The position numbers and the translations under genes were made by a program. 54,308 nt of DNA from Basidiobolus meristosporus CBS 931.73 (Eukaryota; Fungi; Basidiobolomycota): contig MCFE01000602.1 in NCBI GenBank assembly GCA_002104905.1, forward strand, positions 1 through 54,308, given 5' to 3'. Below, piece by piece: positions 1 to 12,548 of the stretch. The stretch's first letter is position 1. Every line of letters starts with the position of its first letter. The notes under the pieces are model-generated. The model was given only the letters and a program-made list of their open reading frames with translations. It had not been told where the DNA came from and did not search any database.

Positions 1-12
1 GTATTCACCATA

Positions 13-575
13 ATGTCTGAAAAGAGATCTGCCCAACAACCCACCCAACATCCTGATGCTGGTGCATCTTCTAGAGCCGAAGCGCCACCACCGCCATACG
101 TTGACCCAAATCCCACCACTAATACTGCACCTTACGCTGCACCTAATTCCGCACCGTACGCCCCTCAATACAACACTGCCTCCTATGGCGCAAACCCTTA
201 CCCACAACAGCCTCAACCACCTAATCCTCAGTATGCGAACCGTCCACCTCAAGTAACCCCCATCATGGTTGCTCCAGTGGAAACGGTTGTCATCGTGAAT
301 TCACGTAAACCAGTCGCTATGGTTTGCCCCTTCTGTCGCACGGACATAGTAACCAAAACCAGCCATGCACCAGGTACGTTTCCCCCACCTTAATTCGTTC
401 GTTTCAACCCAAACCAACCTTAGAAACTTTAGGTTTTATGTCTGGCTGCGGAAGTATCTTGCTTTGTTTTATCTGCTGGCCCCTCTTCTGGGTTCCATTT
501 GTGTGTACAGGCTGTATGGACGTCGTGCACACATGCCCTAGATGTAGAAACACCATAGCGGTGACGCAGTCGTAG
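13..575 (+). CDS. LITAF-domain (zinc ribbon, membrane-associated) protein with Pro/Tyr/Gln-rich N-terminus; 2 exons
   Basis: PPPPY-containing low-complexity N-terminus. CPFC, then a hydrophobic stretch (ILLCFICWPLFWVPF), then HTCPRC, which is the LITAF pattern. GT-AG intron 374-432 joins the two ORFs in frame. Confidence 0.9.
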
Positions 576-1861
576 TCGCCCTCACTCAAGTAGTCCCACC
601 CCCAATGCTAGCCGGGCACTACGTTGATGAATAGTTCTTTGCAGCTCACCCTCACCAATTGTCATGCTGACCTGCGTCGAAAGAAATCGCACTGTGTATT
701 TTCATAAGTTTTCCTACGGATCAAGTTTGATCAATGCTACATTATGTAACCATGATTCAAATCCGGTTCAAATATAAATCATCCTGCGCAATTGAACAAC
801 CCCAACAAACGGCTAATGTTTACGTATCCATTGTTGCGCGTGTTTGGGAATCCAGTGACGCCATTGAAATGCCGCGAGTCTGGGCTCCCCCGGAACCCGT
901 GATTCATGGTGGAATCCATCCTGCCAACTTTGCATCCCAAGCCAGTGGCAGCTCGAGTGAGCCTTGTTTTTGTTTGATTGGGTTGCGAAACTGGGCCTGT
1001 TCTGCCCATGCTTGCCCCAAGTGTACCAGCGGCGAATGTCTAACGGAATCAAGGTTTTGCCCTAGGCTTCGGGCAACCTGACTATTCTTTTCCAAACACG
1101 TCATGGCCAACCCCATAAACACGAGGATTACACCTGCAGGTTTCACGTGATCAAGGAACGTATGAATCTATCAGTTCAATGAATGCATGATACACCAGCA
1201 CTGCCAAATCTACCAGTGGTCTCCGTTTCCGAATTGCCAGTCACAGTGGATAGAATGAACGACATGCTGATGAGTAGCGCTCAGACGGGGGGTGGCATGG
1301 TAATCTCTTGGTAATCTTGAAATCCAAATTCCTCTCCACACTGGGTTTCTGGAGAGTAAGCAAGTTGAGTCATTCTCAAGATAAGCCTGAACATCATGCA
1401 TCACCCGTTCAATCAATTGCTATGCTCCCTAGTACTTGCCAAATATAGTTCAGCGATACTGATGTAGTATCCAGTGTATTTCCGATCCGCAGTACACTTG
1501 ATCAATTCTCTCCGTCACGACTTGCGTTGGATCATTTTGGTAGTAAAGGCCTGGCTGTTCAAGAACGAATTAATCCATCATTTACCCTTTGATGATAACC
1601 GTGCTACATGTGACGCTGGCTCATTTTGGTATGAATTTTGGGTTTAAAAGAGTCAAAATGCCGATTTAAACAACCAGAGTGGTTATGTTTTTAGTTACTG
1701 GGAGATTGGTAAGGGTCCCTGCTGCCTACCCTGGCATAACGAGATGGATGGCTGTCGGCTTGTACTCCAGATGGTTTGTTTTAATTAGCTGAGTCGAAAA
1801 ATAAACATTTATCGCGTGTTTGGTTTGAATTTTGTTGTGCTTCGCTCTCAAGTTGTTTGGA

Positions 1862-4800
1862 ATGGAGGATCCCACAGCAGCGGCGGAATTTTGGAGAGAG
1901 GTGCTTAAAGCAGAGCCCTTATCTGGCGAACATTGGGAGACTTCCCAATATGACAGTAAAGATGATAGCGATAGTGAGCTGGCTGAGGATTCACCTGTCA
2001 AGAATGTTCAGGATAATTTAAATTTAGAGATGGACTGCCTAGTTAGTACTTTCGTTTAGCTTACCCATGCATTTCACACGGTTATTAACTTTTACTACAC
2101 CAGAGTCTAAGACCCATTGAATCGGATACGTTGGCCTCCAGCTTCTTAATACCCCCATTACCAAAGAATGAGATAAACCAGATCCTAGACAATCAATACT
2201 GGTGTCAACCAGAAGTTAAGACGTGGGGCGGAGAAGGTACTTTGGAAAGAATGTCTTTGCGGAGCACCAGATCTGGCTTACACTAAACTTCTTTGCTTGT
2301 AGAATTTGACCTGCTTGAGCCAAATACGCTAAGTAAGCTTGAAATTTAGTCGGTTATTTGCCTGAACTTTCTCAGATCTCACATATATTTAAGCACCCTC
2401 AATCGCCAAGCATAGGTTGAACACCTTCCTGTATGCATCTTACGAAACGCTAAATTGTAGATACACCCAAGAAATTGATATAATTAGAGAAGTCATATTC
2501 ATGCTACTCGGAAGGGAGACTACCATATTTGATTTGCAAGACCCAACTTTTACACAGGTAAAGTTGGTTTCTCTCCATCTCTGGTCATGGATTGTCGTAA
2601 CCTGCCTACATTCCAGAAAGCACATTCTGTATCCTTACGACACGTCAGTCAAGAGGCTCTGGGGAGCTTATTCACATATTTCGGGTCCGGCGGTAGAGCA
2701 ATTCGTGATCTCAAGAGCTTTGGCACAAGGTATTATGTCTGTTAGCATTCACAGCTTGGCACGTACTAAATGCATGTAGCATTTGTCGCGGACGGCCCTC
2801 ACTCGGACAAGTGAGCCAAGCATATGCTTCAGCCCTACTGCATCTCATAGGTCAATTTGAAAAGAAACTCATGAACGTTGAGCAATCGCTTTACAGCGCA
2901 GGTATTCTCAATGGGGTGTAGTTGCAGAGAGAATCGTTGACTAAACGTGCTTTCCCATCCTGTCCAGGCGAATCATTCAACACAGTGATTAAGCTCAAAG
3001 CACATATAGATTCTGACCTGAGGATGTTTCGGTATCTTTCCCAATTCCATACCGATCTTGCACGGGACACCATTGGCCCGAACAGAAACTCTGCGGCAGC
3101 GGTGGCATGCGGTATATTGAACCGGCTATACCAAGAAGCACTCGATAAGCAGGTTTGCAATGAGGAAGACGTGTTCAAGGTGTTTGCCTTCTTGTTTCAA
3201 CGGGCATTCGAACCATACGCACGAATGATCAATACGTGGATTTTTGAGGGGCAGCTGAAAGACATCTGTTCCGAATTCATGATTGTGGAGTAAGCCTCTG
3301 GTACTCGCCACTTTTTCAGCTCCAGCGATATTTACTTGGCTCTTTAGAAACAATCGACTGATAGCTACCTCTGCGTTTGCCTGGAAGGCCCAATTTCTTC
3401 TTCGTGACAACTCCACCGACGTCGCGCACCAAGCACCTACCATCCCGGATTTTCTCCATGATTTTGGCACCAAGATTCTCTTTGCTGGTAAAGGAATCAA
3501 TTTGCTACAGACCATGAGCCTGGCAGAGGTAAATAGCGCGGGTCACAGTCCACCAGGGTCTCATGAATGACCAGTGTTCTTTAGGGTCGAATGAGTACGC
3601 TCAAGGCTGCTATTCGAGAGCATCTGGTTTCACTGAAGCTTGATTCGAGGGAGAAGATTTGGTCATTGTTTCCTGATAGTATATTCTCGCACTTGGCTGG
3701 TGAATATCGGCCTGACCAGACTTTCCACATGCCGTCTGCTTTGCAACATTTATTCGCACCGAAGTCAGTCAAAAGCAACGAGAAGCCCTCCAAGCAAGCA
3801 CCGTCACCCGATGAGACAGAAGGTAAATGCATGCTGGCTCCCACGCGAAACCTCCTTCTAACTGGAACTGTTCTATGCAGAAATGTTTCTATGGCGTCCC
3901 TTCAGGGAGACTCTAACCGATTCTCTCGACAAAATCATCACACCGCAGTATGTCAGTGTTGGCAAAAGCGTATACAACATCCTGTGTCAAAATTGCGGGC
4001 TGTCGAAGCATTTCGAGGCTTTAAGAAATCTGTACTTGATGCAAGCTGGAACCGTCATGCACATCCTGTGTAACAGCATATTTTTCAAGGTGAATCTTCC
4101 TGGCCGTGATTCCCTGTTGGCTGTCTACTTACCCATCCCAGATAAACAAGCATCAAATATGGCAAGACGCTAGAACCTTGAACGGTCTGTTGATTGAGGC
4201 CAACCGAGCCGAGAATACGTTCGATCTAGATCTGATCAGCATCCAAGTTGCACCTTTGGATCATGCTTCAGGAGACCATATGGAGGCATTCAACGCCATC
4301 ACGCTCAATTACAATGTAAGTTCCACATTGCATTCATTGCTTCTGCACCATTCTGACCCCCAACTAGGTGCCTTGGCCGCTCAACAACATCATCACTGGC
4401 TCAGACTTGGATCACTACAAAAAAATCTCGTGTCTTCTGATTCAGGTCAAAAGAGCGAAGTCCCTCATGGAGGACCCGCTCTACTTCAAAGAGAAGTTCA
4501 TCAATCGTACCCCCGACCTTTTGCTTTTTTACTCCTTACGGTTGAAGCTAATCGCATTCATCAATGGGTTTTACTACTACGTCATGACAATGGTACCACC
4601 TGCAATCTCTCCAACCCTTGGTATCCCACTAACCAGTCCACATAGGTGTTACACGGCGAGTCGGGAAAATTCCAGCATGCCTTGGAGAGAACCTTTGATA
4701 TTGATCAGATCATTGAGATGCATAGTTCTTTTGTCAAGGTGATCTTTGATCGGTGCCTCCTGAATCCAGCTGTAAGTGCTTCCGACACCAACTCCTACTG

Positions 4801-5192
4801 TGCGTGACTGACTTGCTCTCAATTAGTCGTACTCCGTACTGGATCCGATCCTCTCGATTCTGAATCTGACCGTCACCTTCCATCGCTACTTCCTGGACTA
4901 CCGTTTGTATTCCATTGAACGAGAGGGACATCGGGTGACGATACCCGTTTCGAAAACCTTCCTGAACGGCTTACAGTTTATCGACTCCGAGTTCAACAAA
5001 TACGTCGGGTTTCTGTGCGACACACTTGAGACCTCCATAAGAACTCACGCTCTATGGCATCGTAAGTACACTCGTGCATATGATTGGAAGTGGCCTCCTT
5101 GATTGACCCTTATGCAATCCATAGTGAAAGTTCTGGCGTTTCTGATCGATGTGAACCCAGGGCCTCCGAAGAAGTCTTCCCTGGCTGTTTAA
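1862..5192 (+). CDS. GCP5: Gamma-tubulin complex component 5 (Spc97/Spc98 GRIP family), multi-exon; true start may lie in further upstream exons
   Basis: Exon peptides EIDIIREVIFMLLG, FQRAFEPYARMINTWIFEG, HFEALRNLYLMQAG, YKKISCLLIQVKRAK and LRLKLIAFINGFYYYVMT match GCP5-type GRIP1/GRIP2 segments. The last exon KVLAFLID...SLAV ends at TAA 5190-5192. Confidence 0.85.
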
Positions 5193-5564
5193 TGCCGGTT
5201 CGTAGGGAGCCTGTGACCTACCCCATCCACCAAAGACCCATCTTTGTAGAGGCCATCACCTGTGCCTTTGATCCTTTCTTCACTAGCTGAGCATAGAAAA
5301 TAAACATTCGAGTACATTGAGAACTCAAGAGCACTTCGGAAGCTAACGGAACATCTATTGCTTACCCATAGCATGTGGATGTGCTTGATTCATATCACTT
5401 GGTGCTGGTGAAACCAATCAGATATGCACAGTAGAATGGTCTGATTGCTACTTCAGTTTGCACATCAGCTGCGTCCAGCCTATATGCCGTATGGGTATCT
5501 GTTATCATCCTGCGCCAGCTCGGCTCGTGTTGTTTTCTCTTGATGAAACAATCGGTCGGTCATG

Positions 5565-5572
5565 TGACGTCA
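5565..5572. promoter_or_regulatory. Perfect CRE/ATF palindrome TGACGTCA, overlapping TCATGTGA
   Basis: Exact 8-mer about 150 bp upstream of the ATG at 5725. Function is inferred only. Confidence 0.3.
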
Positions 5573-5724
5573 ATGAGCGCATGTATTAAATGTACCATGG
5601 GGAATCCAGTCACAGATGGTTGGTGAGACAGGTGCATCGACAGAGCCTCCTCACCGCTCCTTTACAAAGCGTTGCCAAGAAAAAAGTTGGTCCAAGGAAT
5701 ACCCCCCCCCCCCTCACGCACATC

Positions 5725-6030
5725 ATGTTAAGCATATACTCTCGCTCTAGCTTCACGTTCGCGCTTATCGGCTCGGTGATTTTCGTCGCTTTCCTCCCAC
5801 TCTCTTTTCTTTTCTTTGGCCTCACCTTCTTCGCTGTGTTTACCACCCTGCTCGCGTGCGGTATAGTGGCCATTCGACTGGCCGTTCTGGTCGTCAACAT
5901 TTGCTGGACCGTACTTCTTGACGCGGTGCGTTATCTCGCCGAACACGGGTTTTCGGCGCCCAGTGAGGGTTTGGAAGTGGGTACCAGCTTGGCAGAGCCC
6001 AAGTCCGAGAAATGCCACTGCACTGAGTGA
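5725..6030 (+). CDS. Small hydrophobic membrane protein (101 aa), possibly promethin/LDAF1-like
   Basis: ATG at 5725, a long uninterrupted hydrophobic stretch of about 55 aa (FTFALIGSVIFVAFLPLSFLFFGLTFFAVFTTLLACGIVAIRLAVLVVNICW), then a polar tail. The family guess rests on topology only. Confidence 0.5.
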   Translation: MLSIYSRSSFTFALIGSVIFVAFLPLSFLFFGLTFFAVFTTLLACGIVAIRLAVLVVNICWTVLLDAVRYLAEHGFSAPSEGLEVGTSLAEPKSEKCHCTE

Positions 6031-6522
6031 GGGAAAAGAGCGATGCAACCAAGGAATCGGGAAAGGGAAATGGCCGGACTATCCATGGGTCTGTGGACCA
6101 TTTTCCCCTGGTACTAGACTCCATGTTCAAGTGTACGGGACTAAGCTAATTTGGTCCGCCCATTTGTTTGCTACATAGCTACTACCAGTAAGGGCTGTGT
6201 TGGCCAGTTTTCGTATGTAAGCTACCCGTGATATAACATGTGAGCTGGTGGCTATCGATGTCTTGTTGTGAATAGTCTAATCCAGTATTAATATATCAAA
6301 ACCACTCTAGAATAAATTTTCTCTGAAATACGTGGGGCGTTTCCTCTTTTCCACAACCGACCATGCATTGCCAAACCCTCCCCACACAGCTAGTGCCACC
6401 TAAACAGTCCTGAAGTCATGACATCTTCATAGTAAGATTTATTACACCGGTTTATGGACATCCAAGTGTTGGGTTCAGGTTCAGATAAATTGAGGTTTGC
6501 TCGGATCCACGTCCACGGGAAC

Positions 6523-7365
6523 TTACTCCCAGCGAGTCTTCCACAGACAATCACCCAAATAGTGAATGTTGTCTACGCCGATACCCTTGTTCTTGGATTT
6601 GCTGGAAATTGAAGAGGTTAATGCAGGGAACATCCATCAAAAACCCGACCATCTACTCACATATCATCGGTGGACATTTTCGTATGGCCAATCGCCAGAA
6701 TGTTTTCTTTTCCTTCAGCGGCGATGGCGACAACTGTATCCTCGGGAAGAGAGACATCCATGCGAGCGCCTGGGGAGGTAAGGCCAGGGCACATGATATT
6801 TGCACCAGAAAGCACGAACTTGATAGCTCCGCGATCAACTTGTAGGCGTGGAAGCATGTCGGGGACTATCAACTAATTGTTTAGCCAGGATATTGACCGA
6901 AGACGTCCAGTGAGGGGAAGACTTACATCGATGGACCAACTTGAGGGTGGGGTAATAAGGACCATCATAATGGTTGAAGAACAGAACCTCGTTATTCATG
7001 GTAACCAAGTTGACATGCTCGTGGCTTCGAAAGGGATGTTGTGAATATTTCAGTCTGAATACTTTGCGCAGAAAGCAACAATTACCATTTCACAAGGATA
7101 AGTGGAGTCTTCTTGGGCATAAGAGTATCAATAACCGGTTCAAGGTTGGGGTAGCGTTCCAAAATCTTGGAGCGGATACCTCTTTGAACTGAGGACTTGA
7201 CTTGGCTTTGGGTGGCAACGTCCTCCTTTATGTTGAATCTGTCAAGTAACCAAGAAGCTTAGTCGTGTTTCCAATTGCCATCAAGGAGCGTGCGAAGGTA
7301 GGGATGTCACCCCGGGTATGACCCTCGGGGGAAAGGTAAAGAACTGATGCTTACTTCTTGAACAT
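6523..7365 (-). CDS. TMA20: Translation re-initiation factor Tma20/MCT-1 (pre-PUA + PUA), multi-exon
   Basis: Starts MFKK followed by a GTAAGC donor. Contains [25 protein letters not shown] and the C-terminal [18 protein letters not shown]. Confidence 0.95.
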
Positions 7366-7683
7366 GGTACTTTTCTTTGTGACTTGCTGTTGAAGCTAAG
7401 AGCGCTTGCACGGATCTGCTAGCTCAAGCCAGTTGTATTTTGTATCCAAGCCATGAGGATGGAAAAAAATTGGGAAGAAAAAAAGGAAACCACTTTCAAG
7501 GAAATAGCGTAATCTCTACCACTCTGACGTCCAGAAATATTCCAGAATTTGGAGTTTCAATCCCACTCAGCATGAAATTGGACGACTGGGCGATTCCCCA
7601 GGGATTCCCTTATTTAGGAGATAGCATTTTAGCCACTCTTTGAATAAAACGACACCAACTTGGGCCAAAGTTTGCGTTTCAAG

Positions 7684-9254
7684 ATGGGCTCAAAATCCTT
7701 GCTAGACCGCTTTAGAGATTTGGACGGTCATGCTAAAACGCTGGATGACTTCCGCATCAGGACTATGTCCGGGGCAACTGGTATTTATCTTTTTAAGCAG
7801 TTGTTGCCTGTTTATTGACCATCACCTAACATCTGGCTAGTCACCTTGGTCAGCGGGTTTGTCATTCTAATTCTACTGATGATGGAATTCTCTGCATATC
7901 GCTCCGTGGAGATGAAGCCATCCCTCTCGGTGGATAAAAGCAGAAAAGAGAAACTCAGCATCAACTTCAACGTCACCTTTCCCAAACTGCCTTGCCACAG
8001 TGAGTAAATGTAGGCTGCATAGTTGATCTGGCGCAGGGTCTAACTGCCACGTAGTTCTGAGTTTAGATGTGATCGACATCTCTGGTGCTCACCAAGAAAA
8101 TATCAACCACGACATTTACAAAGTTAGGCTAGATCCTACCGGGCAGGAAATCTCCAAAGACAGGGAATACGGTAGACGCTATTTCAAGTACTTTCCTATA
8201 TCGCGTATTCAACGTCTCTGCTTTCACCTCAATTAGAGCTGGGCGACAAGGCCAAGAAAGCTAAAGAGGCGTTTGAAAAGACACACACAGACGCGGATAC
8301 CCCCTACTGTGGTAGCTGCTACGGTGCTGAAGAAACGCCTGAGCAGTGTTGCAACACTTGCGAATCGGTCCGAGAGGCCTACTTGAGGAAATCGTGGAGT
8401 TTTGACAACCCGGATGGGATTGATCAAGTAAGAAACCCGCCTACTATTTTGTTTCTGCATGTTCCGTGATTTACTCCGAGTATTCAATTACGCTTGCAAA
8501 CACAGTGCGTTCGCGAAGGGTGGTCCGAAAGGATGAAAAGCCAAGCTCACGAGGGATGCAATATTCATGGGTTCATTGAAGTGAACAAGGTTGCTGGCAA
8601 TTTTCACATCACCTCCGGGGAAAGCTTCACTACTGGCGGCATGCACGTTCATAACACCCACAACACGCCTTACTTGGAGACCATTGATTTTACACATCAC
8701 GTACATCAACTCTCGTTCGGAAACCAAGTATCTGGAATACACAACCCTCTCGACGGTATTAAGCAAACCGCGCCCGAAGGTAGTTTGAGTTTCAATAGAT
8801 TACAAAAGATCCCATGCTAATCGGCAGTACATCGGGTCTTCTAAACCTGTCAGGAAGCTTCCAATATCAGTATTTCCTGAAAGTGGTTGGGACCCAGTTT
8901 AAATATCTTAATGGTAATCGAGCGATCTCAAATCAGTACTCAGTTACGGAGCATGAGCGTAGTGGCAGTCGCTCAGGACCGCACAGCCCCGGTGGATTGT
9001 CAGGTTTGTCCCCAACATAGGCAGCACAGCGGCTCAGCCATACTGACAATGGTTCCCTAGGAATCTTTTTCAATTATGAGATCTCCCCGATGCTTGTCAT
9101 CTACACCGAGTCCCGCCGGTCGTTTACCAACTTTCTGACGAACGCTTGTACTATTGTCGGAGGTATATTCACGGTGGCTGGATTGATCGATGCCATCATC
9201 TATCGAACCGAAAGGACTTTGAAGAAAAAGCTTGAGCTGGGCAAGACCAACTAG
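7684..9254 (+). CDS. ERV46: ER-Golgi vesicle protein Erv46/ERGIC3, multi-exon
   Basis: Contains DLDGHAKTLDDFRIRTMSG, CGSCYGA, CCNTCESVREAY, EGCNIHGFIEVNKVAGNFH, YQYFLKVVGT, FTNFLTNACTIVGG and a C-terminal KKKLELGKTN di-lysine-type tail. Confidence 0.95.
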
Positions 9255-9681
9255 GCTGCTGTTCTGTCGTTTCGCCAAGGGCCTGCTAGCGGCTGATCCA
9301 CAATTTCCTCGGTTGTCTTAATCACTACTCTATTCTACCAAACATGGTCTACTCACGGACATAACAAATCTTTTTATCTCTGGTGAGAAACGTTGCACTT
9401 GAATAAATCGTACTGGTACAAATTGCACTGCTCGTAATGATCCATCGCTAGAGTCAAACTTGCCGGCGTGGCTAATCAGTGTCGGGTGGATTTCCTGAAA
9501 GCGAGCACCAGCTCGCAGTCGAGCCTCTCGCACCGGAAGAGCATTCCCGTACAAACCTCACCCTTATCACCAGGAAGCTTCACTGGCCGTGAGGTGTGCG
9601 GTGGCCTCATCCACAACCCCATTTGCTAAGCCACATCTGGCAGTGATGAAGCGGTTTATTCATGCTGACCGTGCGACGTAG

Positions 9682-9682
<1 letters not shown>

Positions 9683-9724
<42 letters not shown>
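9683..9724. repeat. Compound microsatellite (CA)15(TA)6
   Basis: Read directly; it lies just downstream of the stop codon of the minus-strand gene at 9732. Confidence 0.95.
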
Positions 9725-9731
9725 CAATGGA

Positions 9732-10935
9732 TTAATCAAGTGGAAGGTCCTTCTTCACGATCACTAGAAATCGCGCATCCCCTTCACCGATTGAGATGCT
9801 CCTCAAGCCTCCAAGATCAAATGCCTCCTGGTGCAGAAATTTCCGATGATAGCTGCTAAGGGATATTGGGCATCGCAAGACCTGTGCCTCGTTGTCCCAC
9901 CGGAACCTTCGCACCGCACACTTCAGAGCGTCCAGAGTGAACCGCTCTGGGTTCGGATGGCTTCCAGAGGGATAATACTGTTGTAAAGTAGCGAATTCTG
10001 CCCCGATTGCTTGTTGAAACTGCGCTTCAGCTCGCTCCAGTTGCTCGTGACTGGGCCGGCGCTGGCATCGTGGGCCAGTTGGATTGGGACCAATGTTGAA
10101 ATTGGCAAATTGCGCAGCAAAATGAAAATCTACATCAGATTCGGATGGCTTTCTCTTTTGTTCCGGAGAGGGCTTACTACCGGAGGATTTCCTGCGTTCC
10201 TTCCGTGGGGATTTCTTGGAGTGCATGTGGTCTTTTTTCTGTTTCCATTCTTTGTTCTCAGCATGGCTGGTTGACCACACAGGCAATGGTTAGCATGATG
10301 GGGGCGAGGCGGTTCCAAACATCACTTACTTGAAGGGGAAGAATTTCCCAGTCAGTGACCAGCACCGTGCTAGCTCTCTCTTTAGTGCTTTTCTCTCTCT
10401 GCTCAACTTGATTTCCCAAGACGAATGGACACGACTCCGAGCACGCCCTTTTCTAGCCACTTTTCTGAAGTTCTCCTGATTCACCCACTCGTCAACTTCT
10501 GGATCGTAATCTTCCCATTCCTGACTGCTCCGTTAAGGGATCAAAGAGGAAAATGAGTCAGATAAGGCGCAAAAAGCAAGCATTACGGGACGACACATAC
10601 ACTATGTCAGTGTATTTTTCCGGCTCAGGAGGAAACACCGAAGATATATAATCCTCTATATGGTGATGCATACGAAACATCAGCTGTATCGTTGTCAAAG
10701 GTGGATTAAGTTTTTCTGTCAGAGCATATAATTCGTACAAGGGGGACGTCAATAACAAGCGGGAGAGCAAGATTGGTCGAATCATGAGGTCGAGGGAAGC
10801 GGCAACCTTTTTCACCGCATAAAGCTCACCGAGATCCAAAAAAGTGAATAAATGTCTCCATATCTCTTCCGGAAATACTTGGTAGGTTGTATCAAGCCTC
10901 GCACTTGAACTGGTTCTATCGTTAGTTGTCGTCAT
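9732..10935 (-). CDS. F-box + R3H domain protein (about 354 aa, 3 exons: 10935-10601, 10524-10330, 10266-9732)
   Basis: N-terminal F-box-like FPEEIWRHLFTFLDLGELYAVKKV and C-terminal R3H SSYHRKFLHQEAFDLGGLRSISIGEG. Introns are GTATGT...CTTAAC...CAG (76 nt) and GTAAGT...GCTAAC...CAG (63 nt); both are phase 2 and keep one open frame. Confidence 0.75.
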
Positions 10936-12035
10936 ACTACGTGGATTACGTCGGCGTAGGAAGAGGGACTTTGCTGATTGTAGAGCTGCTCGGAATCCCG
11001 TTAGATGCCAAATCTAACCAAACTGTAAGGCCAATACTCGAGTGAGCTACACTGCTTGCGCTTTATATTATCAGTAGGGGTTGTGAGTTGCGAGTGACAT
11101 AGGACTAAATCACCAATCAAATAGGAAACATCGATTGACTGATTTTTGCCCTCGTCGATTGGAACAGAGGAAACGGGTCAACTGCGACAGCTTGGTTTTG
11201 CTCATTTCGGTAGTGGGTCAGCTAGTGTACAAGGAGAGAAGGGGCCGGTGACCAATAAGACAGCAAGATCCTGGTCAACATTTGCACCTAGTGGGTAAGC
11301 TGGCAAATACAGCACTTGCTAAATTAAGCTCGTAGCATTACTCAGATGTCTTATGACTACTGAATTCCTAAGCCGCCCCGGCTATAGCTAGTGCCCAGAT
11401 GGTGAGCAGGCCTGTGTTCACGAAGATCAGCTGGTTGCGAAGGGGTCGCCAGAGCGAAGCGTTGGGTTGAGGGGGAAAAGGGGTTTGGATGCCCAGCTGG
11501 CTGTAACGTAAGTAAAATTTTGGTCAGTTGCCGTTGACCTGTCGCTGATAACATCACGGGCAAAAAATGTGTGTTGGATGCAGCACCATGCGCTCGGTTG
11601 TGGAAATTCGAGGCACCCATTTGTTGTCTCATCCGATAAAAGCTCATAACGTACGCAAGCAAACATTGGCCATGAAACATGTTGGAGCATGCTGTGTCGT
11701 TTCACTGAGTGGCTTGGATGGATGTATCGTACGAGCACATGCATCCAAAGAAGTGGAGTAAGCTTGAGAAGTCAACGACATCTGCCTTCACACTCGAAAT
11801 TGCCGCAACCGCCATGAAACAAAATCCCTCTGTGGGAAAAATATCCTATGCAGCCCTCGCATCTCCGACTTGGAGTGTTGGGCCACTCTCGTTTCACTCG
11901 AAACTACTAAAAAGGCCATCCACCCGTGAGCTCTACAGTACACTCTAGTCTGCTCCAAGCAACCTAGCTCTTCATTTGGCAACAGTAGATCTTTCCATTA
12001 GCGATTTCTCATAGGCCAGCACCACTCATAGCACA

Positions 12036-12548
12036 ATGACCACCAAATATACTTTCTTCATCGTTCTTTTTGTGCTCACTATAGGCATTTGCGCCTCGGA
12101 CATTCCTAATATTCCTCAGTGTAATAACTGCTTCAATTCATTACCCAAAGGATGCATGGAAAAGATATCCAACTCTAGCACCAATACCACCACAGCTCAG
12201 ACTGCTTACCAAGACTGTTTGTGTACAAAGCAGTACATTGATAACTTCATCAATTGTGCCACCTGCTCTGCCAAATCCATGAACTCTGATCAAATACCAA
12301 CCGAAAAGGATAAGAGTGATGCTATGGTAACCTGTAGCAGCCTTGGTTTCCCCATCCAGGTATTGCCTACCGCAACCCCCAACCCCACTGGGAGCAGCCC
12401 AAGCGAAACACCAAGCGTTTCCAGCACCACCAGGCCTGAATCCACTGTTGGCCCACGGACAAATAGTGCACGCACAATCTACCCATTGGACCTTCTGGTG
12501 GTAAACAGTGGTATCATGCTGTGTCTAGGGATGGCGAGCCGAGGATAA
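12036..12548 (+). CDS. Secreted, probably GPI-anchored 8-Cys (CFEM-like) protein with Ser/Thr/Pro stalk
   Basis: Signal peptide, 8 Cys in the mature domain (CxxC, C, CxC, CxxC, C), an S/T/P-rich linker, and an NSA omega-like site followed by a hydrophobic tail. Intronless. Confidence 0.8.
   Translation: MTTKYTFFIVLFVLTIGICASDIPNIPQCNNCFNSLPKGCMEKISNSSTNTTTAQTAYQDCLCTKQYIDNFINCATCSAKSMNSDQIPTEKDKSDAMVTCSSLGFPIQVLPTATPNPTGSSPSETPSVSSTTRPESTVGPRTNSARTIYPLDLLVVNSGIMLCLGMASRG

Noticed and set aside
604-1560. Minus-strand gene between LITAF and GCP5, including an in-frame TGA at 1281-1283 considered as selenocysteine
   Set aside because: Several frames look equally plausible and no family motif was recognised. 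The TGA has no redox-motif context and no SECIS was identified.
9330-9660. 74-aa minus-strand ORF between ERV46 and the microsatellite
   Set aside because: No ATG start, no motif, and it lies in converging 3' UTR space.
11005-11948. Plus-strand spliced gene divergent from the F-box/R3H gene
   Set aside because: Canonical donors exist (11025, about 11295, about 11508), but every splice path tried hit a stop or gave an unrecognisable product.
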